This document shows, piece after piece, positions 60,541-64,000 of a stretch of DNA of 64,000 nt (position 1 is its first letter; each line of letters opens with the position of its first letter). The stretch covers positions 40,116,001-40,180,000 of the forward strand of contig CM052816.1 in the NCBI GenBank assembly GCA_028534125.1, given 5' to 3'. A model generated the notes under the pieces. The model saw nothing but the letters and a program-made list of their open reading frames with translations, searched no databases and had not been told where the DNA came from. The position numbers and the translations under genes are program-made. This stretch comes from Lama glama (Eukaryota).

Positions 60541-63059
60541 CAGGGAAGAAGCAGCAGAAGAAATGTGCTCAGATTATAGTTTTCAGATAAAAGAATAAAA
60601 GCCAGTATCTCCAAACCAATTAAAAGTTACCTGTGCTCATTTTCTACACTGACATTAGCATTTTTATAACTTTTAGCATATTTTATACGTATGCTAGCAT
60701 ATACACCCAGGGATGCACATGTCTTAAAAAAATACTGAGAAAGGAAAATAAGATATGATACATCTATTATACCCTTGAATGTGCTACACATGATTATTAA
60801 GTATTACTTAATATATAAGATTCCTTTAATGTTACCACATAATATCAGACATATGTTTTTAAAAACTTACCGGCTTTTTGCATTATGATGTATTTCACCA
60901 AGACACAAAGCACGACTTGACAGAACTATAGCAGTCTGTTTATATCTGACCCGTGCAGCAGTATCAGAGTGTGTGTACACAGACAAGGGGCTCACGTGTG
61001 TTAACGCATGTGTTCCACACTAGAAGTCCCTAAAAAACATCCATGGAAAATTTCTCTTTATCAGATACTGTCTTATTTCTGAAGGTTTTCTTCCTTCCAA
61101 AAATTATAATACTCTTTCAAAAAGAGTGTTCAATAGTTTAAACATTTATAATTTCCTCTCAGTAATTTATTCTAAATATTTTAAAAATAGCCTTTGGACT
61201 GGAAACAGATTTTTAAACTTTTACCAGCATGATTCATGACATAGGCTAAATCCATAGGTAGTATTTTTTTTTTCACTTTTAGAAGCTGATGGACTGTGGT
61301 TGAAAGATAGTTATTCCGAGACTAAGAAAATGTGATGTGCTTGCCAGTGAGGAGGATAAAAAGCTTTTGGGTTTATTCCAGGACAGCTCTATTACAAGCA
61401 GTTACGCTCCAAGCTTTAGTAACATTTCTCTGAGAACAGGCACCGTGGGGAGACGGAGGATTTGCAGATGGAGAATGGCAGTTACCTTTTAGCATCACAG
61501 AATGAGGGCAGTCGTTCACCTTTGTGGACATCTGCCCCTGTGGCATAAACTTGCATGTGGTCCCCATGAAAGAATATCACCTCACTCACTGCAGGCTGTG
61601 TAAATTAGAAACACTCTCTAGACAGATGAGGATAAGGGCAAAATGGTAGAGTTGTTTTGTTTTGTTTAATCAAGTTTCTTATTACCACTGGCTTAGAAGC
61701 TTGTCTTTAGATAATTTGTTCAGGGTCAAACATAAAATATTTCTTTGAGTGGCACTAATCTGGATTAACCTACCTGTATAGGTGGCTGTTTTTCACCTGG
61801 GGCTGGCTATACCTGCCAGGAATAAGCCAGAGTTTTAGGGCCCTTTGCTGGGCAAAGAGAGTCACTCTCTAATCTATTTGCACATCTTTAAAGAAATATC
61901 TTCACTCAGAAAATGAAAGTGTAACTTTGGATATAATAGTTCTCAGAAATGCTGGGAGTAATTCTAGCCAAGGGGAAGATAGGGATCTCCCCTTTCAGTC
62001 CTTCTCTGTAAGCATTTAATTCTCCAAATAATTATTTTACATGCTTTTCTCTTTATAATATATATTTCTGTCACTCCTATAGTTAGGATACCAGTAGCTT
62101 CTCTGAATATTTTCTGAATCATTGTGCAGAAAATTATGGCATAGAATCGCTTAATTACAGGATTATGTCAAGGAATGATTTACGTCCTAGTTAAAAGTAC
62201 AAAAATCATAGATGAAAATTTCCCATGTGTGAGAACTTTAAGGATGCAGAAAAATTCCCTTTCCCAGAAGTTCTGTGGATGATTAACTTCCCTCCAGCCT
62301 TCAATGAGGAAGTAGATACCTACAGTTCACTAAACATTCAAATGAATTAAAATTTTAAAAGCTGGCTAATTTACGGAAGGTATGCTCATTGTTTATGGAG
62401 CAAAAGATGCAAATTCTCCTTTGCTGAAATGGTTTTGTTTGTATGATGCATCTTTATGGTTCATTAACCCCATTTTTCAAGTCAGCATCATACTTCCTTT
62501 CTTGCTTATATGTGCCCACCGTCTGGATGGGCCAAGCTTTAGAAAATGACTTCATCCCCTACTTACCTGGTTCTTCTAAAGCAGAGAAGCCTCCAGATGT
62601 TCGTCAGTACCCGAGGCAGCACTACCTCTCTTCACGGAGCCTACTCTGCATTAACTGAATCACAAGCAAATCTCCCTCACAGCCCAACTGTACATTTTTC
62701 TTGGAACCTGCTGTCTTTGGCAACTTTTTTTTAAGAATCCTTCTGGTTGGCTGGTCACAGAACACTGAAACAAGAAAAATATGAAGCTATATAATAGTAA
62801 AGAGAATATTGACTGCTTAAGAAAATCTGTGTTTAAAATGTTACCCCCAGAAGACCATATTAGTTATATCCCAATTGCGTTCTATTCTAGGAAAATGACA
62901 TTACTTTACCTCTTAGATGTCACTGAAAAAAAACTAATGAAATGCTCGAAGACATAAATTGGGGGGAAATGTGGTGAAAATAAATTTTTCTTCCTTTCTT
63001 AAATATATGAGCCATTTTGGGGCATATGTTCTGTCTCTGTGCATATCAGACTTACTGCA

Positions 63060-63310
63060 TAAATAATAATGATGCTAAAATGTATGAAACATCCATGTGT
63101 CAAGAACAGGATTAAGCACTACGTGGATTATATCATTAAATTGTTCTACTTGGCACTGTTATACGTAAGCAAAATGAGAATCAGGCATTGTTATATGTAA
63201 GGAAAATGAGACTCAGAGAACTTAATTGACTTCTCCAAGGTCACACAGCTAGTAAGTGACAGAGACAGGATTCAAACCCACGGAAGTCTGATGTCAAACT
63301 CAACCAGTAT
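63060..63310 (-). mobile_element. MIR SINE with an internal 32-bp duplication
   Basis: GGAAAATGAGACTCAGAGAACTTAATTGACTTCTCCAAGGTCACACAGCTAGTAAGTGACAGAGACAGGATTCAAACCC. Confidence 0.8.
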
Positions 63311-64000
63311 TATACCATACCATAACCCTTCTCAGTGTCTTAATGGAGAAATACCTTTCCATTGGCCAAAAACAAACTAGAAAATAGCAATTCTCCCTCA
63401 CTCTCTGTTTTCAGGTGTAAACTCAACCCCAAATTGCTAACTCTGTGTGCAGAAACAGCTGGTAGTCATATTTATCTTTTAATACAAGAAAGGAGTTTGT
63501 GTTGATCAAGTACATTTTTTTCCCTGAGAGATTTAATTGCATATGCTATTTAAACTGTACATGGTATATTAAGGAGAAAGGTTTACTGTGGTTTTTGAGA
63601 TAAGTACTTTCAAAGAAACGGAAAGAGATAAGTACATATCCGGGTACAGTTTCCAGCTGTACAGCTGTATGTTGTTTTGAAATAATGAAAATCAAATACC
63701 ATCAGCAGTAGTGGTTCCACTGAGGAAAACTCACCTTTAGAATGGAGGAATTTGTGTATTGCTTATGCTGATTTGAGAGTTACAAACATAAAAAGGATTC
63801 CCTACGGTGGCTGATCTAATCTTGACACGGACAGTATCCACAAGATCTATAGTCAGTCACAGCTCAAAGCTGCTGCCTTGGGAAGAAAAAATGCTTTGAT
63901 AACTCACTGTGTCAAAGAAAAGGATTTCACTGTGTGAAATATTGATTAAAACTTTAAAATAAAATTGATACTTTCTGAAAGAACCTTGTAAAGGTAACAA

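Overview
AT-rich, CpG-depleted placental-mammal genomic DNA, not prokaryotic. The only protein-coding sequence I can support is the terminal exon of the polysialyltransferase gene ST8SIA4 (PST/ST8Sia IV) on the + strand. Its acceptor AG is at 26729-26730, the coding part is 26731-27013 (sialylmotifs S, III and VS), and a ~4 kb 3'UTR ends near an AATAAA at 30974-30979. Bases 1-26730 are the last intron and ~31000-64000 is downstream intergenic DNA. Both are filled with old interspersed repeats (MIR, L2, L1, MaLR/ERVL/ERV1 LTRs, hAT MERs), including several nested insertions with readable target-site duplications. The L1 3' ends, together with no visible Alu, B1/B2, BovB/Bov-tA, PRE1, CHR, ERE or Can-SINE copies, point to a cetartiodactyl, possibly a camelid (inference). 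The most interesting unexplained items are (i) an orphan CpG-island promoter ~10 kb past the ST8SIA4 poly(A) site, with ETS and tandem GC boxes and a perfect CAG|GTAAGT donor, suggesting an unannotated spliced transcript, and (ii) a palindrome-of-palindromes hairpin cluster at 44657-44769. Repeat family names come from my recall of consensus sequences and boundaries are approximate. I find no CRISPR array, rRNA, tRNA or novel multi-gene system.
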